In this document: piece by piece, positions 49,778 through 58,533 of the stretch
Layout: each line of letters opens with the position of its first letter
Position numbering within the stretch: position 1 is the stretch's first letter
Source: Alphaproteobacteria bacterium
GTDB taxonomy: Bacteria; Pseudomonadota; Alphaproteobacteria; Holosporales; JBOFFI01
Direction: 5' to 3'
Assembly (NCBI GenBank): GCA_051648545.1
Contig: JBOFFI010000044.1
Location: 5,797-69,796 of the forward strand
DNA length: 64,000 nucleotides
Position numbers and translations under genes: made by a program
Notes under the pieces: model-generated
What the model saw: only the letters and a program-made list of their open reading frames with translations
What the model was told of the DNA's origin: nothing
The model's database searches: none

Positions 49778-49912
49778 TCCTATGAAATATCTTTTGCAAG
49801 GCACATTCTATATCCCCCTCATGGTCCCATGTAACAGCTAAACCTACCCACGTGTCAACTGGGAACATTTCAATCTTTTTGACGTTTTTATTACATTTTT
49901 TATGAAAGGTAG

Positions 49913-50599
49913 TTGGAGAGCGTCTTATTTTGGGATACTAATAAACCCCTAGAGATGGAGGAAAAAAAAGATACGATGCCAGCGCAGCAAGCCACAAAGC
50001 AAGAAGATGAAACCCTGGAACCGTCGCCTGAAGGAACATTCCAACAGGTGTTGCAGGGCCCTGTCCTTTACCAAGATGAGAAGGGACGTTTGCTTCGTTA
50101 TCAAACCTATGAGCAGGGCGTTTTACATGGAGAATCCCGCCATTATGCGGAAGATGCTCACCTTACCCAGCGGCTTTTCTATGACCATGGGGACATGCAC
50201 GGGCCTTTTGAAGCTTTTGAAGAGGGTAAAATTGTTTTGGGTACCCACTATGTGAGAGGGTTGCAGCACGGACAAGCCACTTTTTATGACGAAAATGGTC
50301 TTGTAAAAATGCGCATGCATTACCAAGAAGGCCGTTTGCAGGGACCCTGTTTAACCTATGATGAACAAGGAAATGTGCAACAGATTTTTCACTATCATGA
50401 CAATGTGAAGCATGGTCCAAGCCTTATCTATTTTCCATCTGGAAGTATTTTGGAGAAAGGCTTTTATGCCAACGACCTTAAAGAAGGTTCGTTTTTCAGC
50501 TTTTATGAAACAGGGGTGCTTAGGGAAGTTGCCGTTTATCAAGGTGGCTGCTTGATGGCGCGACCTACCCAATATGATGTAAAAGGCAAACCCTTATAA
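49913..50599 (+). CDS. MORN-repeat-variant (YwqK-like) protein
   Basis: Repeated ~23-aa units with a G..HG core (GVLHGESRHY, GDMHGPFEAF, GLQHGQATFY, GRLQGPCLTY, NVKHGPSLIY, DLKEGSFFSF). The start is uncertain (TTG 49913, ATG 49955 or ATG 49976). Confidence 0.75.
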   Translation: MESVLFWDTNKPLEMEEKKDTMPAQQATKQEDETLEPSPEGTFQQVLQGPVLYQDEKGRLLRYQTYEQGVLHGESRHYAEDAHLTQRLFYDHGDMHGPFEAFEEGKIVLGTHYVRGLQHGQATFYDENGLVKMRMHYQEGRLQGPCLTYDEQGNVQQIFHYHDNVKHGPSLIYFPSGSILEKGFYANDLKEGSFFSFYETGVLREVAVYQGGCLMARPTQYDVKGKPL

Positions 50600-50772
50600 A
50601 CATGGCCTGTTACCTTCGGACGGGGAGTTGACGTGAAACAAAAAGATAGGGGTTGTGTCAATAAAAAGGGAGATCATATTTTTCCTCAAAAACCTCCGCC
50701 TTCTTTGACGCCGCTGCCTTTGGGTTCAAGCTCAACTCCCCTTTCCGGACAGTAAACGTGAACGCCAGGCTT

Positions 50773-50871
50773 TTAATCTTCGCCTTCGTCAGCATCCTCC
50801 CATAGCATGCTTAAGGTCAGCCAAAGGGATAACCCCAAGAAAAATAAACAGTCAGCCACCTCCAAGCGCAT
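50773..50871 (-). CDS. candidate small membrane protein (32 aa)
   Basis: MRLEVADCLFFLGLSLWLTLSMLWEDADEGED: one hydrophobic helix plus an acidic tail, with a purine-rich AAGGGAAGGAGAG tract immediately upstream. An alternative ATG at 50952 gives 59 aa. No family recognised. Confidence 0.25.
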   Translation of the reverse strand: MRLEVADCLFFLGLSLWLTLSMLWEDADEGED

Positions 50872-51234
50872 CTCTCCTTCCCTTGGAGGGAAGAAAAAGT
50901 GTCGAAGGCGAGAAAGTTTAAGTTGCGCGAGAAAAGAAAAATCGTTTAACATCTTGTTTAGCCTTAAATGACTCGGTTGGAGTCTTTTAGGGTTAGCGGC
51001 ATCGGGGAGTTCTTAGATCCCTGGTGTCGCGCATTTGTCCCTGAAACGTTTATGGGTATACCCCAAAGCCTTCCAGAGACACGAAACAAGCCCAGAAGGT
51101 TTTATGCAAAAAAAGCCGGCGCCTCATTGTTCAAGCTTTTCTGACACTTACCAACTAAACTCAACCGAAGCCTAGCAAATTTTGTCCGCCAGATCAATTT
51201 AAATTTTTCTATTGTTTCTGAGGGTTGTGTCTTG

Positions 51235-54207
51235 TTATGGGCGCCCGTTCCATTCTAAAAATCTGGCAAGAAACATATAATCAGGGTAATAAAGACCTTG
51301 GGTTGGGTCGGCTTGAGGGTAATAGGGTGTTGTGACCTCATCAAAGGCCTCAATTAACCGTTGGAGGCCTTCCCATGCGCCTTCAGCTAGTGCTTGGGTG
51401 GGCGATTTTAGGGTTTTAATATCCCCCCCCTCCAATCGGCCGGAAACATGCCAAAAATGCAGCTGCCCCAGCTGAAGATTTTTCACAGCAATGTCTCGAA
51501 ACCCCCCTTTCCATAGCATCCCTGCTTCCAAAGGCAGCTGGGGTGCATAGCCCAACACGACGTCACGCTCAGCAGGAGGGAAACCCGTTTTATAATCAAT
51601 TAGATCTACGGTTCCATCCTCAAATACGTCCACCCGGTCTGCCCGGGCTTTTAAACGAAAAGGACCAGCAGGCGATTGAAAAACAACCGTTGCATCAACT
51701 TCTGTGAAGGTTTTGTAAGGGCGCTGCTGAAGGCGTCGCTGGCGTTCTGTCTCTAAAAACCACGACGCCATTTTTTGAAAACGCTGCCACCAAAAGGTTT
51801 GTACCGCAGGTTTATGAAAAAAAGGGGCCAGCTTTTCTCTCCCCAACGTCAAAAGCTCTTCCAGCGCTGTGGGCGCAAACAGATCCGCCCCCTGGCTTAA
51901 AAACAGATCAAACACCTGGTGCAGCAACGTGCCTTGCAGCGCGTGATCGGGGGAAGCATTGAGGGGGTCCAGGGGCTTTAACCTTAACACATGGCGCGCA
52001 TAAAGGGCGTAGGGGTCTTTTCGCCACATCTCAATTTGTGTGACGGAAAGTTGGCGGGGCCTTGCATGAACAGGGGGGCATGGTGCTGGAACCTGAATGG
52101 CTACGGTGGTTTGGGGAGCATCCAGAGCTAAAGCCCAGCGGCGCCACAGGGTGTCCTCTTTCCAGGTTTTCCCTTCGGCCTTCAAAAGGGTCTCCAGCCT
52201 GGCCAGAAACCGGGAGGGAACCGTGGGCGTTCCCCCAGCGCGCAACGCACGGGTGAGCACCACGGTTGGGTTTCCAAAGGTCTGGCAAAAATCATGGGCG
52301 GACAAGCCAATTCTGCGCTCCAAGGGCGGCATCCCTATATCATCTCGCATAGGTCGGTTCAGCCATGGACCATTGTTGGGAAGCGGCGGCCACGTCCCCT
52401 CATTAAGCCCCCCTAAAATAACCGTATCCGCCTGGAGCAGTCGTGCTTCCAACGTTCCCAAAAGGCGAATGCGTGGGTGAGTAGGGGGCTCCGGTGGAAG
52501 CGATAACTTTCCGATGAGCAGCCAAATGCCTTCCACTGCATCTTCCAGGGAAACCTCTGGGAAAAAGATGGCTGCTTCTTGAAGCCCTTCTAAAAAAGAC
52601 GACAGAACGGCCCGAGCTTTGGGTGAGGCGAGCTGAACCTCTGGAGGACACAACCGATGGATCACCTCCCCAAGGGCTTGGACCCACTGGGAAAAGGGAA
52701 GGGGGGCTTCTCCTTTTGCTTGCAGGGTTAAAAGAGGCTCCAGAAAAAAGCTGAGGCGCTCGATCCCCTGCTCCAGCAAGTCCCGAAGGGGTTGCTCGAT
52801 GGAAGCAGCTCCCTCCCGAAGGCTCGCAAACCCGCGACCAGGGTCAATCCCCCGCAACAACCGTTGCTCCAAGGCGAAGCAAAATGCTTGGTGAAGGGGA
52901 GCATCTCTCACGCAGCATAAGGGGTGCTTAAGCAGGCTCAACAAAGGAATGGGGCTGGCTTGCTCAACAATCGCTTGGAGGGCGAGATGGATTAAGGACC
53001 CGAGGTCTGTTTGGCTGAAAAGGCTTGAAGCGCTGTTATAGGGCACAATCTGCCAGCGCTTGAGGGCTGCAAACACTTGATGTAACAGCAGGCGATCGGC
53101 GCTTACCAATGCAATGGTTTTTCCAGGTGTTTCTAGGGCTTCCCGCAGCATAAGGGCGATGGTCTCAGCTTCTTCGTGGAGGGATGCGCAGGCCAGGTAG
53201 TGAATCCCCTCCCACTTAGAAAGCGCTTCAGAAGGTGGTTCGGTTGAATCTTCTTTAGAGGGGGTCTCGAAGGAAGCCTGGAAGAGCTCTCTCACCAGCT
53301 GCTGGCGCTTTGGGATATGGGGCCCGAGGGGATGTTCAAGATCCAAAGCCCACGGCCACAAGGGCACGGAGTCAGCCGTTCGCCCCAGGCGTTTCAAGAG
53401 TTGTTGTAAAGCATATTGGGGGTGGCATGCCGAAATATTCTCGCTTCCAGGCTGTTGGCCGAAATGTGGGTCTAGTCCGGGCAAGATGACCCCGCCCTTG
53501 GGGAGTGACGCAATGGCTTTGAGAAATGTAGCAGTGGCTGGCATGGTGCCGGTTGAACCTGCGGCCAACACCCAACCAGAGGGGGGGGATTGCTGCCACG
53601 CAGCAAGCTTCCGCTGAACCCACTGATGGTGCTGCACATAGGGTTCTACGTAGCCTTTCTCTAGTAACAACTGGGGCCAGTAAATTTGGATGATCCGCAT
53701 AAAATCTAAAGTGAGTTGCCAGTGGCTTGCAAACGTTTCGGGCACTAGCTGGGCGAGGTTTTCTAGGCTAACCTCCTCAATACAAGCTTGATCTAAAAAA
53801 GCGATCAGGGCTTCAACCAGTTGTAAGGTCATCTGAAAAGGCGGAACTTCCATCCCTTCTTGGCGCGCCAGTTGGGTCTGTTTTTCTCGCACTAGCTGGG
53901 CTAGAAGCGCTTGGCGCACAAGGGGAGGGATGGTTTTTTGTTCCAAACCCACGACTGCATCAGGGTTTTCTGGAAATTCGAGAGCATCGTCTGTCCATTC
54001 TCCCAAAATTTCAATCCGAGGAAGCAGAAATGCACCTTGGTAGCGCTCTAAAAGCATCTGCTTAAAATTGGTACCCGCCCTGGCGTAGGGAAGGTATAGC
54101 GTCACATCCCCCAAGCCAATCTGATGGTCTTCACAAAACCGGGGGAGACCCTCCACGAGGGTTTGAAGGAATGGCATGCCTGTTGGGATGTTCCAAAGGT
54201 TTAGCAA
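51235..54207 (-). CDS. addB: double-strand break repair protein AddB (alphaproteobacterial type)
   Basis: 990-aa ORF with an N-terminus (NIPTGMPFLQTLVEGL) and a C-terminal PD-(D/E)XK-like region (RADRVDVFEDGTVDLIDYKTG) typical of alphaproteobacterial AddB. Confidence 0.88.
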   Translation of the reverse strand: MLNLWNIPTGMPFLQTLVEGLPRFCEDHQIGLGDVTLYLPYARAGTNFKQMLLERYQGAFLLPRIEILGEWTDDALEFPENPDAVVGLEQKTIPPLVRQALLAQLVREKQTQLARQEGMEVPPFQMTLQLVEALIAFLDQACIEEVSLENLAQLVPETFASHWQLTLDFMRIIQIYWPQLLLEKGYVEPYVQHHQWVQRKLAAWQQSPPSGWVLAAGSTGTMPATATFLKAIASLPKGGVILPGLDPHFGQQPGSENISACHPQYALQQLLKRLGRTADSVPLWPWALDLEHPLGPHIPKRQQLVRELFQASFETPSKEDSTEPPSEALSKWEGIHYLACASLHEEAETIALMLREALETPGKTIALVSADRLLLHQVFAALKRWQIVPYNSASSLFSQTDLGSLIHLALQAIVEQASPIPLLSLLKHPLCCVRDAPLHQAFCFALEQRLLRGIDPGRGFASLREGAASIEQPLRDLLEQGIERLSFFLEPLLTLQAKGEAPLPFSQWVQALGEVIHRLCPPEVQLASPKARAVLSSFLEGLQEAAIFFPEVSLEDAVEGIWLLIGKLSLPPEPPTHPRIRLLGTLEARLLQADTVILGGLNEGTWPPLPNNGPWLNRPMRDDIGMPPLERRIGLSAHDFCQTFGNPTVVLTRALRAGGTPTVPSRFLARLETLLKAEGKTWKEDTLWRRWALALDAPQTTVAIQVPAPCPPVHARPRQLSVTQIEMWRKDPYALYARHVLRLKPLDPLNASPDHALQGTLLHQVFDLFLSQGADLFAPTALEELLTLGREKLAPFFHKPAVQTFWWQRFQKMASWFLETERQRRLQQRPYKTFTEVDATVVFQSPAGPFRLKARADRVDVFEDGTVDLIDYKTGFPPAERDVVLGYAPQLPLEAGMLWKGGFRDIAVKNLQLGQLHFWHVSGRLEGGDIKTLKSPTQALAEGAWEGLQRLIEAFDEVTTPYYPQADPTQGLYYPDYMFLARFLEWNGRP

Positions 54208-54698
54208 GAGTTCACAAGCCCCCCTTCAGCTAGCCTTTGTTGCCACCTTGAAGAGCCCTCATAGCTTAGCATCCGGTTGTTTGGCATGGCATCATCCCCA
54301 AAGGAAAGGCGAACCCAAAGGGGGTCGAGGTGTTTGAGGTGTTTTTCTCCAAGCCGCTGGGGCCATTCCAGCAACACAATGGCTTGATTATACGCCTCCT
54401 CGAGGCCAAGCTCCCAGATTTTGGGGTCTGCTTCCTCAAGACGATAAAGGTCCACATGCCATAAAACGCCCTGGGGTGCTTCATAGGTGAGTACCAGGTT
54501 AAAGGTTGGGCTAGCCACCACAAGGGTAGGGTCTTTTGCCCAGGCTTGAATGAGGGCCCGAGAAAACGCGGTTTTTCCAACCCCTAGAGGCCCTTCAAGG
54601 AAAAGGACATCCCCCGGTTGAAGCAGGGGGGCGAGGGCTGAAGCTTGAGCCTGGGTTTGGGAAAGATCTGTCAGAGCAATTTTTAAAAAATCATCCAT
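54201..54698 (-). CDS. tsaE: tRNA t6A37 biosynthesis ATPase TsaE
   Basis: P-loop LEGPLGVGKTAF and the HVDLYRL motif. ATG 54698 is preferred over 54746. Confidence 0.88.
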   Translation of the reverse strand: MDDFLKIALTDLSQTQAQASALAPLLQPGDVLFLEGPLGVGKTAFSRALIQAWAKDPTLVVASPTFNLVLTYEAPQGVLWHVDLYRLEEADPKIWELGLEEAYNQAIVLLEWPQRLGEKHLKHLDPLWVRLSFGDDAMPNNRMLSYEGSSRWQQRLAEGGLVNSC

Positions 54699-54972
54699 GC
54701 TGAAGCCACGCCCGCAACAGGGGCCCCCAAAGGTCCGCTGTGACATGGAGGACTAAGCAGATCAGAGCTGTTACAAAGGAGACAACCACCACCTTCAACC
54801 TCAAGAAGGGGCGCTCCGGGGCACCTGGATCAACCCACGGATCCGTCCCAGGCTCAATCTCTGGGGTAAATCCAACAAAAGCTTTAGATTTTTTAAGCCC
54901 CCAGGGAAGCGCCATGAAAAAAAGGATCCACCACACCATAATGTACGTTGCCAGGAGTGTGACGAGATTCAT
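54691..54972 (-). CDS. DUF1467 family membrane protein
   Basis: 93-aa ORF with N-terminal helix IMVWWILFFMALPWG, central GTDPGAP-like segment (EPGTDPWVDPGAPERP) and a second helix. Confidence 0.7.
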   Translation of the reverse strand: MNLVTLLATYIMVWWILFFMALPWGLKKSKAFVGFTPEIEPGTDPWVDPGAPERPFLRLKVVVVSFVTALICLVLHVTADLWGPLLRAWLQHG

Positions 54973-56033
54973 AAATTTCCTCTTTTCTTTCCTATTAAAT
55001 GCGGTTGCAACAGGACCTCAAGCTGTTTTTGGGATGTTTCTTCCATCACCACCTCAATGTCTATCACATGAATGTGTTCTTGAAAATGCTTCGGGATTCT
55101 GACCCAATCTTTTGCCGTTGTCACAAGGATTGCGCCGCGTTTCAATGTCTTATTGGCAAGTTTCTTCATGTCATCAACCGTATAAGGGTGATGGTCCGGG
55201 AACGCTTCAAAACCATCAAGCTTTCCTTGAAGTTGGTCTAAGGTATGCTTGAATTTTTCTGGAAACCCAATGCCTGCGAACCCAAAAATTTTTGTCTCCG
55301 GAGGAAAATCCGTTATAGGTTTAATCCAAGCCTTTAGCAAAGGGAGCTTCGGTGCGTTGTGCTGCAGAATTTTTAAAAGGCCCGGGGAAGGGGTGCCCAT
55401 CACCACAACAGCGCATGCTTTGCTAAGCCCTTCTTTGACTGATTCCCTTAAAGGACCTGCCGGAAGCAAAAAACCATTACCAAAGCCTTGTTTTCCATCA
55501 ACCACCACCAAAGACACATCTTTTTTTAAAGAGGCATGTTGATGTGCGTCATCCAACAATAGCACGGTGTTGGGGGGGAGGTCTTTTAACAGAGGAAGCA
55601 CCTGGCTCCGGGGAGAGGCAAGGTAAACTTGGGCGCGTTTGGCTAATAAGAGGGCTTCATCCCCAACATCTTCAAAGGTGTGTTGTTGGGGATCCACAGC
55701 CAAAGGGCCTTTCAGGCGGCTGCCATACCCCCGGGTCACCACTCGAGGCTCCCACCCCTGTGCTTTTAAAAAATCAATCAACCAGAGGGTTAGCGGCGTC
55801 TTGCCAGCTCCTCCCACCACCAGGTTTCCAATGGAAAAAACGGGGTAGGGGGCTTGGGCAGCTGACTTAGTCAGGGTTTGTCTCAACCAGGCGAGGAGGC
55901 GAAATAGAGAAGACAAGGGCCATAAACCATAGGCCCATAACGTGGAGGGGGGTGCCCTCCACCAAAATTTTGGCGCTTTCCGGCATAGTAGCAGCGGACG
56001 CCGCTTAAGCTTGGATGATGTCAAGCATGTCAT
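54969..56033 (-). CDS. lpxK: tetraacyldisaccharide 4'-kinase
   Basis: P-loop GNLVVGGAGKTP and a length of 354 aa. Adjacent to waaA. Confidence 0.88.
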   Translation of the reverse strand: MTCLTSSKLKRRPLLLCRKAPKFWWRAPPSTLWAYGLWPLSSLFRLLAWLRQTLTKSAAQAPYPVFSIGNLVVGGAGKTPLTLWLIDFLKAQGWEPRVVTRGYGSRLKGPLAVDPQQHTFEDVGDEALLLAKRAQVYLASPRSQVLPLLKDLPPNTVLLLDDAHQHASLKKDVSLVVVDGKQGFGNGFLLPAGPLRESVKEGLSKACAVVVMGTPSPGLLKILQHNAPKLPLLKAWIKPITDFPPETKIFGFAGIGFPEKFKHTLDQLQGKLDGFEAFPDHHPYTVDDMKKLANKTLKRGAILVTTAKDWVRIPKHFQEHIHVIDIEVVMEETSQKQLEVLLQPHLIGKKRGNL

Positions 56034-57297
56034 CCAAAATCCTTTCGCAGGAGGTTAGCAGTTGCTGTCCCCGTTGTTGGTAGGGCTGCTGGGTTTCAGG
56101 ATTTTTTAAAAATCCACCCAAGGCCTTCAAAAGTTCTTCAGGGGGAAGCTGCACAGCTGCTTGGGCGTCTTGAAACGTTTGTGAAATCTCAAGGTTATGC
56201 TCCATAAAAGGACCATGCACAATGCAGCATCCTTGCTGGGCTGGCTCAACCAAATTATGCCCTCCAATTTTAGGCAAGAACGAGCCCCCCATCACCACCA
56301 GGTCGTGCAAGGCATATAGTTCACCTACGTTCCCCAAAGTATCCCCCAGCACCACCTGAACCGTTCCAAAAGAGCGGGGATTTTGAAGCCAGAGGGAAAG
56401 GCGTTGATAAGAAATCCCTTCTTGTTGGAGAAGGTGTTCCACGTCCTCCCGCCGGCTGATGTGCCGTGGGCACAGAAATAAAAGCAGCTCTGGAAAATTT
56501 TTCAAAAGCTGAACGTGCAGCTTTAGCATCAAGCTTTCTTCTCCTTCATGGGTGTTAGAAGCGAGCCATATGTGTCTTCCTAAACAGGCTTTTTTAAGGG
56601 ACGCCACAAGGCTTTCATCCACGGGTAAGGGCGGAAGCGTCAGCTTTAAATTGCCCGCTACGCGAACAGTCTCAGCACCCAATTGGCGCAAGCGCTGGGC
56701 CTGGATTTGGGAAGGTGTTAAACAAACTTTAAACGTGCTCAACAGGCTACGCGACAGGGGGAGGACCCAGTGCCAGCGGCGAAAGCTTTGCTCAGAAACC
56801 CTGCCATTCAGGAGAAAAGCAGGGATCCTCCTGCGGCGAATTTCCCTCAGCAGAAAAGGCCAAAAATCAGACTCGACGAAGAAAGCCCTTTCCGGCTTCC
56901 AATAATCCAGAAAACGCTTCACAACCCTGGGCGCGTCAAGGGGAAGCATCTGATGGAAAGCGCGGCTTGGCAATGAGGTGCGCATCAACGTTGCCGAGTC
57001 TTTCGTCACGGTTGTCACCAAAATGGAGAGGTTTGGATCTGTGACCAAAAGCTTTTGGATAAGGCCCAGAGCCGCTCGAGATTCTCCAATGCTAGCACCA
57101 TGGATCCAAATCACGCGCCCGGCGGGGCGGGGCACAGAAGGCTCAGCCCATTTTTCCTGAATCCATTGGGGGTTTTCTTTGCCTTTTTCTAAGCGAAGCC
57201 AAAGGATAAGCCCCCACACGGCTTCTAAAATCAGCGAAACAAACAACCATGAAAAATAGGAGATTTTTTTTTGAAGTTCAGCGGTGTGCACCCCCAC
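56005..57297 (-). CDS. waaA: 3-deoxy-D-manno-octulosonic acid (Kdo) transferase
   Basis: 430-aa ORF with an N-terminal TM segment, WIHGASIGE motif and a C-terminal GGSF..GGHN(L/P)VEPA block. Confidence 0.9.
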   Translation of the reverse strand: MGVHTAELQKKISYFSWLFVSLILEAVWGLILWLRLEKGKENPQWIQEKWAEPSVPRPAGRVIWIHGASIGESRAALGLIQKLLVTDPNLSILVTTVTKDSATLMRTSLPSRAFHQMLPLDAPRVVKRFLDYWKPERAFFVESDFWPFLLREIRRRRIPAFLLNGRVSEQSFRRWHWVLPLSRSLLSTFKVCLTPSQIQAQRLRQLGAETVRVAGNLKLTLPPLPVDESLVASLKKACLGRHIWLASNTHEGEESLMLKLHVQLLKNFPELLLFLCPRHISRREDVEHLLQQEGISYQRLSLWLQNPRSFGTVQVVLGDTLGNVGELYALHDLVVMGGSFLPKIGGHNLVEPAQQGCCIVHGPFMEHNLEISQTFQDAQAAVQLPPEELLKALGGFLKNPETQQPYQQRGQQLLTSCERILDDMLDIIQA

Positions 57298-57398
57298 ATC
57301 CTCAATCCAATACTTATAGCTTGAGGCATAACTGTTTCAGTTTATGATATAAAAGTCAATGCCAACTTTACCTATTCGGCTAGCCAAGCTAATTGGTG

Positions 57399-57896
57399 TT
57401 ACTTAGAAAGGCGCCGCATGAATAGGTTTTCGATAAGCACGTTTTTTACAAGGTCAATCCCGATAAGCTTTTTGCAAATGGTATCAATTCGCTTCTTTAA
57501 AGAAACCAAGGTTGGGTTATAGGAAGTATCCCAAATAACGTCACAAATGATGTAAATATCCTTGTAGATGATATCATGGATGCGCGGAAGTTGATCTACC
57601 AGATAACTGGCTGCTTCTTGGTTTTCAGCCTCTAAGATGATCCGCATTCCCATGTATCCCACAGGTTGATTGACTCGGATGATGGGAACTTGAAAAGGCT
57701 CAAATTGAATAAATAAGCTGTCTTTACCCTTAATTTTAGATTCTTTTTTCTCAATTCTGTCTTCCCGGCTGGTGGAAGTTTGTTTTATCTCGGAAGAAAA
57801 CCCAAGAGAAGGTGCTAACATGTGGCACGCCAGCCAAACCAAAAAAAAGGAAAAAATTTGGCAAGCTTGATGGTTTTTATCGTTGTTTGCTTTCAT
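57399..57896 (-). CDS. FliL-like (flagellar basal body-associated protein family) membrane protein
   Basis: N-terminal TM segment, then FIQFEPFQVPIIRVNQPVGYMGMRIILEAENQEAASYLVDQLPRIHDIIYKDI ... VKNVLIENLFMRR. This follows the FliL family pattern as I recall it. Confidence 0.4.
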   Translation of the reverse strand: MKANNDKNHQACQIFSFFLVWLACHMLAPSLGFSSEIKQTSTSREDRIEKKESKIKGKDSLFIQFEPFQVPIIRVNQPVGYMGMRIILEAENQEAASYLVDQLPRIHDIIYKDIYIICDVIWDTSYNPTLVSLKKRIDTICKKLIGIDLVKNVLIENLFMRRLSK

Positions 57897-58380
57897 CAGA
57901 TCGTGGCCTCAATTTCTGAATAAGACAATCCAGAACCCCATTTACAAATGCAGGTTCCTTATCATCGAAAAACGCGCGGGTAATGTCGATGTACTCATTC
58001 AAAATAATAGCCGATGAAAGATGTAAATTCTCTGAAAGCTCGTAAGCGCCCAATCTTAAAATGGCTAGCACAACATGATCTAAGCGATCCAGGCTCCAGC
58101 CCGAAATACATCCTTGAATCAATGGGTCTAGAGACGCTTGTTTGGCATATCCTCCACGCACCAGTTCTACAAAAAAAGCCTTATCCCCAAGAGAAAAAGG
58201 TTTATTTTGCTTTTGAAAGTGATGGGTCCTAAATTGTTCTAAGACTTCTTCAAGGGAGTCATGGGTAAGTTCCATCTGATAAAAAGCCTGAACCGCCATC
58301 AAACGCGCAATGCTGCGCCGCCGCAACGTGGGTTTTTGCTCTAAAGTTTCTACAACCCCTTTGTCAGAAATATCATCCAC
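57877..58380 (-). CDS. nusB: transcription antitermination factor NusB
   Basis: RRRSIARLMAVQAFYQMEL and ILRLGAYEL blocks. Confidence 0.9.
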   Translation of the reverse strand: MDDISDKGVVETLEQKPTLRRRSIARLMAVQAFYQMELTHDSLEEVLEQFRTHHFQKQNKPFSLGDKAFFVELVRGGYAKQASLDPLIQGCISGWSLDRLDHVVLAILRLGAYELSENLHLSSAIILNEYIDITRAFFDDKEPAFVNGVLDCLIQKLRPRSDESKQR

Positions 58381-58491
58381 GCTTACCTAAGCCCTCTTAA
58401 CGCATCATTCCTATTCACAAGACAAAGCGTAATGGATTTTTCCAAATTTGGCTATGGCTTTGTAAGTGCTCCTCATAAATCTTGTTTAACC

Positions 58492-58520
58492 AAGCCACGG
58501 GGCTTTATCCCCCGTGGCTT
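58492..58520 (-). terminator. GC-rich hairpin downstream of the decayed gene
   Basis: AAGCCACGGGG-CTTTATC-CCCCGTGGCTT, a perfect 11-bp stem. There is no clear U-tract on either strand. Confidence 0.4.
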
Positions 58521-58533
58521 GTTCCTATGATGT

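Noticed and set aside
50600-51234. tmRNA (two-piece alphaproteobacterial), RNase P RNA or SRP RNA in the ORF-free gap.
   Set aside because: I could not find any of the expected signatures:
- no tag-like reading frame ending in hydrophobic AA;
- no T-arm plus CCA;
- no RNase P P4 motif GAGGAAAGTCCGG;
- no SRP GGAA-tetraloop domain IV consensus.

The resemblance is limited to short strings such as GTCCGGAAAGG. A covariance-model scan would be needed for a definitive answer.
51423-53588. C8/G8 homopolymer tracts in addB (51423-51430 and 53581-53588) as phase-variation switches.
   Set aside because: They lie in a housekeeping repair gene and encode Gly/Pro codons. Composition-driven runs are the more likely explanation.
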